This document shows, in pieces, positions 48,822-62,638 of a stretch of 64,000 nt of DNA. The first letter of the stretch is position 1; every line of letters starts with the position of its first letter. The position numbers and the translations under genes were made by a program. The notes beneath the pieces were generated by a model. That model saw only the letters and a list, made by a program, of their open reading frames with translations. It did not search any database and had not been told where the DNA came from. Source of the DNA: Octopus sinensis (Eukaryota); contig NC_042998.1 of NCBI RefSeq assembly GCF_006345805.1, positions 162,068,001-162,132,000 of the forward strand. Reading direction: 5' to 3'.

Positions 48822-49016
48822 TGTTCATCTCTGATTGATTGTATGGAAGATAGCATTGTGACAGTCAGGGCAGTTTGTATCTCATTTGATAGGTATCCAG
48901 CTTGATCTTGTATTCCCAGTTGACCTTGTGAAGTCCAACTGCATAGAGGTGCCTGGCAGATGTGGTCAGTGAGGAATTTGTTCATTTTAAAGACTGCATC
49001 AAACAACATTTGCACC
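48822..49016 (-). CDS. 195-nt candidate exon VQMLFDAVFKMNKFLTDHICQAPLCSWTSQGQLGIQDQAGYLSNEIQTALTVTMLSSIQSIRDE
   Basis: taaattttgtgctggcag|GGTGCAA...GATGAACA|gtatgt. Symmetric phase 2 to 2. Lies within ORF 48779-49060. Non-repetitive and GC-richer than its flanks. Confidence 0.45.
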
Positions 49017-50045
49017 CTGCCAGCACAAAATTTAGGGTAAGAAATTGAAAATAACAACACTTATATAAACATAAAATTGATGATGTTTATGGTAACTTTG
49101 TTGGAAGAAGCAGCAGTACAGAGAGCCTCGTTGTAATCATTTGACCTGATAAAAATAACTCGTAAATTTCCATGTCTTAAGAAGGTCATATTTGGTAATG
49201 TTTTGAGTCCTGTGCTCTCAATCAAGAACAAACATCAAGGGACACTATCCTTGATCAGAAAATGGAATAGTTATGGTTTAAATACTTTTGATCTTAGGTT
49301 TGCTTGATCAGAACTTATTCGTGGCTCAACTATATTAGTAACGACAACAAAAGTAATAATGGCAGAAGCTATAGCAACAGCAGCAATAGAGAAATTTACT
49401 TTATTTTACTACTCTTGAAATTATTTTTTGTTTTAAAGAGTCACTTAAAGTATAGCTGAATTGATAACTATCTCAGTGAGGATATTTTACCTTTGATATT
49501 GCTTTAAACATTGAAAAAGCTCTAGTTAAAACCAATTCTACAAAGGCAGTTATCATTCAAGAATCCAGATATGAGACTAGAAGCATACTCTACCAAAAAA
49601 TTTTTTCAATCAGTACACATTTATTACATCGTTTGACAGCCAACAGAAAGGTTTTCACATTTAAAGAGATCTATGATAAAATTGTACCATGTCTTTGAAT
49701 TTGAATTTAAGTGATAAACAGGGCTCATGAATCTCACACGTATCTCTTGAAAAACATTTTCTTGTAGTTATTATTTGCAAGTTGTTAGTCTTTCTGTATC
49801 AGAATCAATTGAAGAAGAACTTTATTAAATACATATCCATTTCTAAATGCATTTAAAGCATCAGTTTCCCAAATTCAGTTAGTATATATTTGATCTCATA
49901 TTACAGACATTTCAGAAAGAAACTTTGTTTGCAATATCCCTAAGAATGGTCATTGTTGAAATCCTCTCTCTTGCTGGTTTATATGTTCTGGTTAATTTTG
50001 TCAATCAGCAACAATGGAACTGGTCTTTTTTTTTTTTTTAATTAC

Positions 50046-50122
50046 AGTTAATTTTCAGAAATATCCATGTGCAAGAATAGAAAGTCTTAAAACGTGAGGA
50101 GGTAAATGAAATATATTCAAAT
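50046..50122 (-). CDS. Tentative exon FEYISFTSSRFKTFYSCTWIFLKIN
   Basis: Long pyrimidine tract ...cttcatcttgaatgtactgtttcag| and donor |gtaatt. Phase 2 to 1. No bridging exon to 49016 found. Confidence 0.3.
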
Positions 50123-52301
50123 CTGAAACAGTACATTCAAGATGAAGAAATGTGAAGGAAAGACAGACAAAACAAATTTGCATGATTTGGACTTGTAGTA
50201 TAAAGATAAATCATATTTGCTCTGGTATGCACATCAATTTCATTCTACTTTAACAATATTTCTCAATCTCAGTATTCAATCTACTTGAATTATTGAGGGA
50301 GACTGACTTTGGCTTGCTATTAATACTCAAATCAGAAATCTGTAGTTTCAAATCTCAGTACCTCTGTTTTGTGTATCTCAATAGATTTAAGTATGCATGG
50401 AAGTTATCTCTAATAACCTAATTCAAACTTATTGGCTTCATTCCATAAAAAATATCAATTATATTTTTATGATCCTTACTAAAGGGAAATGGAATGAAAT
50501 AAAAATTTGGTTTGGCTTTAGAGAAACCTTCATTTATAGATGGTTTTTTTAATTCGTTTTAATAGTTTTATGTTATTTTATATATCTTAATTTTCTTTTT
50601 AATGATTTTTTTCCTGTTTATTTCACTTCTAAATGTAATAGTTTTCAAATTCAGACATGTTTTATTAACTTTTGGAGTAGCATTTTATAACCAGAGCCAC
50701 TTTCCAGTGTCAACCAATCAGCTATAAAGTAGCTGTAATACATACTTTTTAGTAAGTTGAGGCAAGCGTCTTGCCTATGAACATCATGAAATTCTCTAGA
50801 ATCTGATATTTAGATTAGTAGGCCAAGATTTTAACTACTCAACCAGCATCATATAGATACCAAACATTGAATGTTTCAGAAATAGACTTACCATGAATGG
50901 CTCAGAAAGTAAGCCTAATCCATAACACTGTTTATCTCCTTAGATAAAAATATTGATTTCAAGTTTGGAAATCTGAAATTGTCCCATAAATCACTTGGGG
51001 AAGTCAAATGACAGACATTCTAGAATTTTGAGATGATCTCAAGAACTCATAAAGTCAAGGGAGTGATTTGTATTGTTACAAGTCAATTCAGAAAACAGAA
51101 TTCCATTTTATTGATGTATTCTAATGGTGATACTGTTTGAGCCAGTCATTTGTTGTTGTGTACATATTTGCTAGATCACTAATGGTCAATGACCCTCAAG
51201 TTTCATATAGTAACATATATATCCTAGAAGATTTAAGGTGCTTTTTTTCAGGAATATGGCCTTATATTTTATATTAAGACAGCTTTTGAGTAGCAATAAA
51301 ATATAATGCTCTAATTTATTGTTGTTGTTGCTGTTGTTACTTAATCCAAGATTTGTCCTAATTGAGAAAAATTATAATCCAAAACAGTCTAGCTGTGACC
51401 ATTCTGTCATTTTTTTATATCTAAAATGATCTTGTCCAGAGAGCACTTTGATTAAGTTGAAGGAAATTTGGCTACTTTTTTCTTTTGTGATTTCTGTTGA
51501 TGTTGCAGTAGTAGTGGTAGTAGTAGTTATCATTAATGCAATTTTCAGCAATAAAACCATGATATTGCCTCATCAATCGACAGATGTGTGAACTTCTAGA
51601 AAGTTGAAAAGAAGCTGGAGAAGTAAAATTAGGCACGCAAACCTACCAGAGGAAATAACTATTGCAATTTGTTGCAACGACCACGATTGCAAAAGACTAC
51701 TATGAGAGCTTTCTGAATATGCTAAAAGTAGTCTGCCATTTAGAATATTCACAACATTGGGCACTCAGGACATAAATTAAGGTGATCCTGAGCACGTGGT
51801 GGTTGTATTTTTGCTTAACAAAATACAATATGTGTCACAAATGAACATTACCTGGGTACATTTCTAGTGCTAATAAGCACAATATAATGGAGTTTTGAAG
51901 TGTGTGATCCTCTAAAAATTCTCATAGATATGTCAAGACTGGGTTATTACTCCAGCTTGTGGAATTTTAAGATGGTCACTTCAGGTCAACCATAATGTTG
52001 TACAAGATAATATTGTATGGTTCAGTTTTCACCGATTTTGACTCAGTTCTGGTTAGTTTAGCACAGTTGAGAAAATGTTCCAGGGTTATGTGTATCAAGG
52101 ATATTCTTAAAGCAGAATCAAACCTAACTTCAAGTACTGGATGATTGGATCACTTCCTTGTACATCAGTACATGCTCAGTGGTAGATATACTTTGTCATG
52201 TCTTCTGAGATCTTGAACATCATACATCTGCATATATATCTTTGCTGCAATAGACACTGTTATTACTGTTGTTAGACTCAAGATAGCAGTTCTTACAGAT
52301 A

Positions 52302-52530
52302 TGGGGCTTGATCAAAAAGTATTGGTCCTGTTGCTGTGGTAATGGAACTAAAGTACACAGAGTGAAGCCACTCAGCACAGATTGACCTTGAACTCTGTCC
52401 TGCAAGTACACCAAGTTATAATGCTTTCGCTCACTTCCGTTGTTTACAGCAGGGTTTGGAAGTAAAGTGTGTAGAATGTGGTTGTCTCACCACACCACAG
52501 AGGTTCCATCAGTGACCATGGCAGAGAAAG
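52302..52530 (+). mobile_element. Mariner-like 5' terminal fragment
   Basis: ta|tggggcttgatcaaaaagtattgg resembles mariner TIR starts. It runs to atggcagagaaagtg (MAEKV) and is then broken by (TG)n. Assignment from memory. Confidence 0.45.
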
Positions 52531-53539
52531 TGTGTGTGTGTGTGTGTGTACGAGCGTGTGTGAGCATGTGTGTGTGTGAAAAGAGACACAGCTTGAAGGT
52601 TATTATTACAGCCAAGACTCTTTACAAAAATCAAATACCACCAGAAAGGCACAAGATTTCAAGACATTGAGGAATCCAAGAGAATGAAATAAAAATCAGC
52701 TGCTTGCTATCCCCAAAATGGAGTTCCAGGAACATTTCCATCAATGGAAACAATGCTGGATAAAGTGTATGGCTTCAGAAGATTAAATGTTGATTTCTGT
52801 AGTAATTTTTTTTATAGCACCTCTCCCAATACTCTTTGATCAGATCTTGTACAAATGCAATTGCACTTTATCCTTTTATTATGTTATTGGTTCCAGTCTT
52901 TGGACAAGCCAGGACAGCATCTTCTATGGCATAACCAGTTACAGCAATAAGAGTACTTAATCTATTGACTGGTACTTATTTTATGAAGATGGTGCCCCAG
53001 CATGACCACAGTCCAATGACTGAAAGAAGTAAAAGATAATACTTAAAAGGCAAAGTGGCCCTGGGTAGGATTTGAACTGATAACATAAGGAGCATAACCT
53101 TACACCAAAAGCTGTTTTGTCTGAATGCTTTGTCAATTATGCCATGCACTCACTTGTGTGTATTCCTTTAAATAATCTAGGTTCATATCCCTTTTAATCA
53201 ACATATCCAAAATTATATTTTGTATGTTTATTTCTCTGTATCTATACAGTGTTTTCTTTTATTTATCCATGTGGCAAATACGAACATTAGCCGTAATATT
53301 ATTGTTGATTTTTAATAAAATGCAAATAATATTTAAATAAAGTACAATAATATTGTATTTAAGGATTTCTGTGATTTCATTTAATCATTGTTTGTATTAA
53401 AGCATCCATTTAATATATATATATATATATATATATATGAGTGTATGTGTGAATGCACTTGTATGTGTGTGTATACACACATACACATACGCACTCATGC
53501 TTCGCTCTCTCATATATATGTGTGTGTGTGTGTGTGTGC

Positions 53540-53600
<61 letters not shown>

Positions 53601-54716
53601 TTTATATATATATATATAATATATATATATATATGTATATATATCAGGGAGAAAAACAATTTCTAACATTGCCCAAAAAGGTCCACTTATGAAACAAAGC
53701 AATATTATTAAGACTATATTATATATCTGTGACCCTCCCCACGACCACCACATCATGCCTGATAGCTTGCTATATCCACTCTCCTTACCAGATATTTATC
53801 ATCTCAATATATTTCAAACACCAGTTAGCAAGATAACAACGGGGTGCTGGTGTGTGGTATCTAGTATTGACAAAAGGGGCTTATTTATTATTGTTGTTGA
53901 CAGCGGCAACGGTGCTGGTGGAATTAGTGATGGTGGTGTTGGTGGTGATGGAGTAGGTGGAACTATCTTTTATGTGATATGGTTGAGGGAGTTTCCACTT
54001 AAGAAGAAAAGAAAACAACAGAAAGCATGGTGGGAAGTGGTTGGGTTGTGTACGGAACTGATTAAAATACGTGAAATTCATTAATTTTTCTGGATATATT
54101 AAAGATACTGTTAAACAGATGCAGGGAAATGAAGGAAAACTGAACAAAGATGGGAATAAGCTGTAATAGATAGGAAAGTAAAAGGAAAATTAATCACTGG
54201 AAACAAGTTATTTGTTCTTGTAGAACAAAGAAATTGAAAAGAGGAAGATGGCGGATGTTCCAAAATATTAGCAGATGGAAATTTTGTTATTGATTTGGTT
54301 TTTTTACTTGATTTATTATTATTATCATTATTATTGTTGTTGCTGTTGTTATTTTATTGTTTCATTTGTTAATCCCAGTATTTGATTATTATTCAAACCG
54401 AATTCTTTATTTCATTAGACTGACACAGGTAGACGACACTCTAACACCATGAAAATTCACCATACCCATCCATAATGCCACTGCTGCCACTGTTAGCATG
54501 GATGACTGCCAATTTGAATGTTGTAATTATCACACATAAACATCATTGGCAAAGACAAAATAACATCAACAGAAATGATAATTATAAAAGTAATAATTAT
54601 AATAGTGATAACAATAAAGGTAATAATTTTTTATAAATAGCTCGCATGAAGATGATGAGTATGATGATAACTTCACTAAGCATGATGACAACAATGATGT
54701 TGATGATAAGAATATC

Positions 54717-54768
<52 letters not shown>

Positions 54769-54779
54769 GCAGTTTTTAA

Positions 54780-56002
54780 CACAGGCCCAAAGCTATAAAT
54801 TTTGTGGGTGGAGAATTAGTAATATCAACCCACTTGACTAGTATTATTTTAATGATCCTAAAAGCTTGAAGGAAGTTGACCCTGATGAGATTTGAAATCA
54901 GCCAAGTGGGCTGAAACACAGACCTGGGAGTACAAGATCACAAAAAGAACAAACCAGGTTCAAATCCTGCGTGAGACAGGATTTTGGAAAGCAGCAGGAG
55001 GACACTTAAGAGTCATGACCTGGGTGACCCAGCTCCTGTAGAATGTCAGGTATAAGGGCTGAAATACTTGTTGGATGGGAGTTCTTCCTCTGAAGATCTC
55101 TCTGCTCTGCATGGGATTTGTGGTGAGCTTCTGTTATTTATTTAAAGACCTGAGACAAACACTGCATGGCATTTTGTTTGCTACTCTAATAGTTCTGCTC
55201 GTCTATGGTTCTAATTTTCAACAACAACAACAACAATAATTGTTTCTAATACAGACTCAAGGCCTGAAATTTTAGGGTGAGTAGGAGCTAGTTGATTTTT
55301 TTTTTACCTCAGTACTTGACTTGTACTTTATTTTATCAATTCTGAAAGGATGAAAGACAAAGTTAATCTTAGTGATATTTGAACTCAGAATGTAAAGTGC
55401 TAGAACAAATGTCATATGTATTTTGTCCAACATGCTAACAATCCTGCTGACTTGCAACCTTGATATTTGATTTTAATTAAAGTGCTTAACTGGTACTTAT
55501 CTTATGAACCCTGAGGATATGAAAGATGAACTCTATCTTGGTGGCATTTGAACTCAGAACTTAAAGAGCCAGAAGAAACGCTGCTAAGCATTTTGTCCAG
55601 CATGCTAATGATTTTGCCAGCTCATCATCTTAATAATAATAGTGGTTCTTTCTACAGTAAGCACAAGTCCTGAAATTTTAGGGGAGGTTCTAGTTGATCA
55701 CATTAATCCCTGTGCTCAACTGGTACTTTATTTTAACAACCCCAAAAGAATGAAAGCCAAAGTCAGCCTTGGAAACATTTGAAGTCATAATGTAAAGCCA
55801 AAAGAAATGCCACTAAGCATTTTGTCAAGCACAGCAACAATTTTGACAAGGGCAGCTTGGGGGAGGGGAAAAACTTTGCCCGGTGTGCTAATAATTCTGC
55901 CAGCTTACTGCCTTAAAAGCAAATACAAAATGGCAGTGACTGGATTTGAATCCACCACACCAAAGAAATTGTTGTCCTAGACAAACAATAATAATAATGG
56001 TG

Positions 56003-56047
<45 letters not shown>

Positions 56048-56854
56048 TCATGTGGATATTGAAGATTACTGGTAGTAATCTACTACCCACATAAATTCTA
56101 CCAGGAATAAGATCAATTCTAAATCAAGAAGATAATGATAACCTTGACTACTAATGGCACAAGGCCTGAAATTTGTGGGGAGAGGATTAGTCAATTACAT
56201 CGACCCCAGTGTTTCACTGGTACTTAATTTATTGACCTTGGAAGGATGATAGGCAAAGTTGACCTCAGTGGAATTTGAACTCAGAATGTAGTGATGGGCA
56301 AAATACCACTAAGCATTTTGTCAAGTGTGCTAATGATTCTGCCAGTTCACCATCTTAATACTAATACTACTAATAATAATGATAATAATGATATCTTCAA
56401 ATTTTGGCTCAAAGCCAGTAATATTAATGGAAGGGGTAAGTCGATTCTGCCTACAGCAGCACTCAATTGGTACTTATTTTAATGACCCCAAAAGGATAAA
56501 AGGTAAAGCCGACCTCAGCAGAATTCGAACTCAGAATGGATGAAATACCATGGATAAAATGCCATTAACCATTTTGCCAGCTCACCACCTTAAGAATCAT
56601 AATATGATAATTGTGATAATAATCCTTTTGAATAAAGGCACAAGGCTTGAAATTTGGTGGGAGGGAAGTAGTCAATTACATCGACCCCAGTGTTTTGCTG
56701 GTACTTAATTTATTGACACTGAAAGGTTGAGAGGCAAAGTCAACCTCGGTGGAATTTGAACTCAGAATGTACCAACGGGCAAAATACTGCTAAGCATTAT
56801 AATAATAATGATTTCTTTTATTTGCCACCAGGGTAAAATATAATAATAATAATA

Positions 56855-56908
<54 letters not shown>

Positions 56909-57390
56909 GTGATGGTTTTTTACTGGCCACAAAACCTCTCATAGAATACAATGTATGTGATTCAGAAGAACTACAAAACATATGGATGCATACATATACA
57001 ATTAACTGTTGTGGTGGTGGATGAAAATGTAATACAGTATGAAAAGGAGTAATACAATACAAGAATATATAAACAAGCAAAGTACCCACCCCAAAATGGG
57101 TGGGAAACTGCCAACATGGGTGGCTGCAGTCTAATGACAGAAACAAATAAAAGATAATTAAAAAAATAAAAAAAGAACATAGACACAAAGAATGGTCACA
57201 TATTCTGTGTGAAAAGAACATTGAATTGCATTCAATGTAGTATTTGATTGATATTCTATTCTATCGACTTCAGAAGGATGAAAGCCAAAGCTGATCTTGG
57301 TGGGATTTGAGCAGAGAATGTAAAGAGCAGGAACAAATACTGCAAGATATTTTGTGTGATACTTTAATGATACTTCAAATCTACTGACTT
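54780..57390 (-). mobile_element. Chain of about 8 co-oriented family B SINE copies separated by (AAT)n
   Basis: Repeated aaggcctgaaattt...ctggtactt.....gaccc.gaaaggatgaaaggcaaagt.gacct....gg.atttgaactcagaa...gcattttgtc at about 54780, 55255, 55485, 55660, 56157, 56400, 56637 and 57260. Confidence 0.85.
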
Positions 57391-57641
57391 ATAATAACAA
57401 TGATAATAACAGAAGAAAAGCATGAACATCACAAATTCTTCTTTACCATCTAATTCTAGTTTTTAATGCCTAATTAAGAAGAAAAAATATCATTAATAAT
57501 GAGGGTAGCATCGATTTCTCACAAATAATAATAAAATATAGAGAGAATTATCATAACAACAGTATTAATAATATTAATAATAATAATAATGATAATAATA
57601 ATAATCATAAGAAGAAGAAGAACAACAACAACAATAATTAC

Positions 57642-57672
<31 letters not shown>

Positions 57673-58689
57673 GCAATTGTTTTTGTTGTTGATATTAATT
57701 TTATTATTATATGAGAGAAAAAAGGACCATCAAATGAGAAGATAAAACCTCTGTGCATCAAAGAAAACTGACTGAGAATAGAATTAATTTAGGAGATTAT
57801 TGGGTTTAGATAAGTGGATATTTGTTGTTGCTGTTGTTATAATCATTGTTATTATTATTATTGTTGTTGTTGTTGTCATTATTATCATCATCATTTTCAT
57901 CATCATTATCGTATTTTGTTCCTAAAATACTCTCAATTATAGAAGTTGAGCCTTTGACTAACATAGATCTTTACTTGGACACCTTGAAGCCTCTATTGCA
58001 TAAATCAGATGTTATCAGCTATTTCTTGTATATGATCTTTGTTTAACTTAAACTTGTTGAACTATGCACTATATAGAAGATAGCTTAACTTAAAAGTAGT
58101 TTCCATTTGCAAATTATTTCATTTCAGTAAGCCATATGAAAGACTGAAGGTGATTTTCAACTATAACAATTTGCAACACATTGTCAGCAAGATCAAGGAC
58201 TATTTAAAAAAAAATTCTTATGTGTTTTATGTAACATTTATATCAGAATACACTTAATTCTTAACTGTTGCTTTTTATTGTTCTTTTTTTTCTTCTGATT
58301 AAAAAAAAATTAATGTCATCATTTTGTCTCAGTATTTAGCATCGCCATCATTACTTTCAAGATTATTATCATCATCATCATCATCAGCAGCAGCAGCAGT
58401 AACAGCATCATTTGCTGCCATCACTAATACCCAAACCACCACCACCACCACCATCATCGTTTTAATATCTATTTTTTTCTTATGGTGGGACTGTTTAGCT
58501 GTTAGAAGAGGAAAAGTACTACCCATAGCCCTTTAAAGGGTTTTTGAGATTTGTGCAAAGAAAGGAGGAAGTTATTCTCAGACTGGATACCTGGTCAGAA
58601 TGTTTGGCAAACAGACCAGCTTCTGTTAAAAGTACTCAAATGTTAGATGAGAGTGATAAATTAATTCTGCCAACTCAAATCAAGAACTG

Positions 58690-58985
58690 TGAGTGGATTT
58701 GGTAGACAGAAACTGAAATAAGCCTGTTGTATATATGTATGTGTATGTATATGTTTGTGTGTCTGTGTATATGTTTGTGGGTCCCCATAACATCGCTTGA
58801 CAATCGATGCTGGTGTGTTTACATCCCCGTAACTTACCGGTTTGTCAAAAGAGACCAATAGAAAAAGTACTAGGCTTACAAAGAATAAGTCCTGGGGTCG
58901 ATTTGCTTGACTAAAGGTGGTGCTCCAGCATGGCCACAGTCAAATGACTGAAACAAATAAAAGAAAATAAAAGAGTAAAAGAGTA
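58690..58985 (+). mobile_element. Family A SINE central and 3' part
   Basis: gtgagtggatttggtagacagaaactgaaa...gaataagtcctggggtcgatttgcttgactaaaggtggtgctccagcatggccacagtcaaatgactgaaacaa. Confidence 0.85.
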
Positions 58986-58991
58986 TATATA

Positions 58992-59940
58992 TCATCATCA
59001 TCATCATCATCATTTAACGTCCACTTTCCATGCTAGCATGGGTTGGATGGTTCGACTGGGGTCTGGGAAGCCAGGAAGCTGCGCCATGCTCCAGTCTGAT
59101 CTGGCAGTGTTTTTACAGCTGGATGCCCTTCCTAACGCCAACCACTCTGTGAGTGTAGTGGGTGCTTTTTACGGGCCACTGGCACAGGGGCCAGAGGAGG
59201 CTGGCAAATGGCCATGATCGGTTGCTGCTTTTTACGTATCACCGACACAGGCGTCAGTCAGGCGGTGCTGGCATCAGCCACATTCAGACGGTGCATTTTA
59301 CATGTCACCGGCACGGGTATCTTAACTACAATTTCCATTTGATTTTTATTTTGATGTTGGTGGTGATGTACTTGACTCAATAGGTCTCCTCAAGAACAGA
59401 GGGTCATTCTATGATCCAAGGTTAGCACAGCAGGTCGTCCTGCAAGCCATGAACTCACTTCATTTGTCTGGTCTTCACAGTCATAGCATATCTCAGAGGT
59501 CTCGGTCTTCGTCATTTCCTCTGTGAGGCCCTACGTGCCACTGGCACGGGTATCACAACTACAATATCCATACGATTTTTATTTTGATGTTGATGAACTT
59601 GACACAATAGGTCTCCTCAAGCACAGCAGGCTGTCCCTGCAAGCCATGAACTCACTTCATTTGTCGGGTCTTCAAAGTTACAGCATATCTCCAGAGGTCT
59701 TGGTCTTTCGTCATAGCCTCTGTGAGGCACAAAGTATGAAGGTCATGCTTGACCACCTCGTCCCATGTCTTCCTGGGTCTACCTCTACCCCGCATTCCTT
59801 CAACAGTTTGGGAGTGGCACTTTTTCACACATCTCTCCTCATCCATCCATAGTACTTGACCATACCAACGCAATCGTCCCTCCTGCATGCTGCATCCAAT
59901 GCTTCTTGCGTCCATCATTTCTCTCAAGGTGCTTACAATA
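58992..59940 (-). mobile_element. 5'-truncated RTE-clade LINE: ORF C-terminus, 3'UTR and (GAT)n tail
   Basis: ORF 59652-60050 contains RLRWYGQVLWMDEERCVKKC...VEGMRGRGRPRKTWDEVVKHDL...EAMTKDQDLWRYAV (typical RTE end). The ORF-end/UTR segment is duplicated (59305-59529 vs 59535-59729). Confidence 0.9.
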
Positions 59941-60169
59941 TCGTTGCTATTATACAAAAGTTCTGTAAATTCAAAACGTTGCTTTTTCAGAAAACGGAAA
60001 AATAGTTTCACTGTTGTACTACTCTTTGACAATTTTTGATATCTTGGCATCTGAAGCAGCTGGAGATATCATAGTCTGACCAAGAGAGCCATTTTTGCAA
60101 GCAAAAATAAATACCGAAAAGAATGCAGTTGGCCAAATTTGGACATATACAGTTTAACATAATAGCAAC

Positions 60170-60203
<34 letters not shown>

Positions 60204-60232
60204 AATGTATGTATGTACATGCATACATACAC

Positions 60233-60278
<46 letters not shown>

Positions 60279-60348
60279 TGATTAGGCTATATAATATATA
60301 GCTAAATTAAAAGTCTTTGTCGAGTCTTTTCATTTCTGCTTTAATCTA

Positions 60349-60390
<42 letters not shown>

Positions 60391-62607
60391 AATATATATG
60401 AGGATATTATTGTTTATAATAGCATAGCTTAGCATGTGTAAAAAACTCATAATGGTAAAAAAATTATCGATAATTAAGGGTATACAAAGTATTTTACTTA
60501 AAGCTTTTTCTTTGTTGAATAATGTTGGGTAGAATGGCAGGTACACTACTATCTGGGTAATTTTAGGATTCAAGCAGTATTGTTCTGTCATCATGACTTT
60601 GAAACTTCATAAACAAATGGATTTGCTGGTCCTCACAGGAAAAGTGTGACCATTAGGTTCTAAACTCTCATCTGAACAACTCAAAATTCATTTAGCTTTC
60701 TCCACTAAAATTTCTTGTTTGAGCCTAAAAGACTCCAGCAAAGTTGATTAAACTGAACTAAGTACTTAATTGTTATTTTGTTTACTTCAGAGGGATGAAT
60801 TGCAAAGCTAAACTCGATGGAATTTGATCTTGGAATGAAAATGGCCAGAACTAAATACTGCAAGGCATTTTGTCCAGTTGTCTGATGAATCAACCAATCT
60901 ATCACCCTATACTTGCTAAGTTTATGCTGAAAATATTGAGGACATAGAAAATGGTTTGCATTTAGAATATGGTGAAATGGTTAATAGCTTTTCTCTTTTT
61001 TTTTTCTGTTTTGCACAAATTGTGATCGAGATAAATGCTATAAGTTTCAGATGTTTGTATATTATAACACATTAAATTTTGTTGTAGACAAAATTTGCCT
61101 TTTTTATAAAAGGGAAAATGCTTTTCAGGCTCCCTTGCTCACTAACTCTCAGCATGTTCCACCCCAATGTCGTCAATGATTGTGTGTGTTTGTGTGAGTG
61201 AGAGAGAGAGAAAGAATCAGAGAGCATCTTAGAAACAGGATGACATGGGGTTGGAGCTGAAGAAAAGAACAACCCTGAAACCTAGACAGTTTTTAATATA
61301 AATATTGGTTTGCATATGCGTTACAATACTTGAAGAGAATTTTGTAATACATTTCACATTAACTTGGCTGTTGAAGTATTATTATGTCTAACCCAACTAT
61401 ATCAAATTATATCAAACTGTGTTAAAGCTTTTAGAGCCAGACTTCTCCGCTGTGGTACAAGATACTAAATTATATTAAACCATGCTGGGGTATTAAGAGC
61501 CATAAATCCTCGCAGACTATACTTAAATCATGCCAAGTGAATTTTTATTAAAAGTCACAAGTATGAAGTAACAAGAAAATATTATCAAACCATACCCTGT
61601 CACTGTAAATGAAACCATTACAAATGTACGAAATCATATTGCATCAAACCACAAACATATTTCTTCAAAAACGCCCTTTTTCTGCTGCATTGCATCAAAA
61701 GGGATCAGCTTGGCAAGTGGATTGATGCAGAGTGATATCCCTATTGCTGGTCTGGACGGAGATAGCTACAGGGGTTACTTGGTGGAGTTATCAGACAGGT
61801 CAAAAGACATGCAGCAAAGGATCATGTTACACAGGGTCACCAATTAGGTGTAAACAAATGATTAAATGTTGACTAGATTTGTCAGTGAATGATTACAAGT
61901 TATAAATTGTAAGACAATAATGACTTCATCAGATACAATCAATATTAATAGTGTTAATGATATCAATAAGGATAGGAAAACATTGACAATAGCAATGGTT
62001 GTCAGAGATCCAGACTGCCAAACAAAAGCAGAAAATTCAATAATGACATAAAAAGGTCGACAATTATACAGGAATGGACATTGCTGGAATTGATAATAAT
62101 GTGTTCAAATGGATATCGGTAATGATGTTTAGGGACGATGATGGCGATAACATTAATTTATCGATCCCAGTGTTTTTAGTCAATGAGAACTAATTATGAC
62201 AGAATTAAGCAAAGAAACAAAACACTTTGGCTTCATGGCAGTGCATGTGTATGTGTGTGTGTTTTTTGAATGTGTTTGTCTCTTTATCTTTCTCTAATGA
62301 CTCAAAGAAAAACAAATATTAATGAGTTTTTATTTTGATTTTTTTGTTGTTGATAAATTACGCAAGTACACACACACATAAGCACACACACACATACACA
62401 TGAATACACACTCATGTGAACTCACACACACACGCATCTTTACATGCAGAGGACAGACACATTAACTGATTTAATAAAGGGCCAAACTATTAAATCTTCT
62501 ATGAAGAGTTCGTACACTACAAGAAGAACCATGATATGTTAGAGAACATCGTAATTAGCTCTAATCATGTAAGGTTATGTACATATTTTAGAAACTAGGA
62601 GTATGTT

Positions 62608-62638
<31 letters not shown>

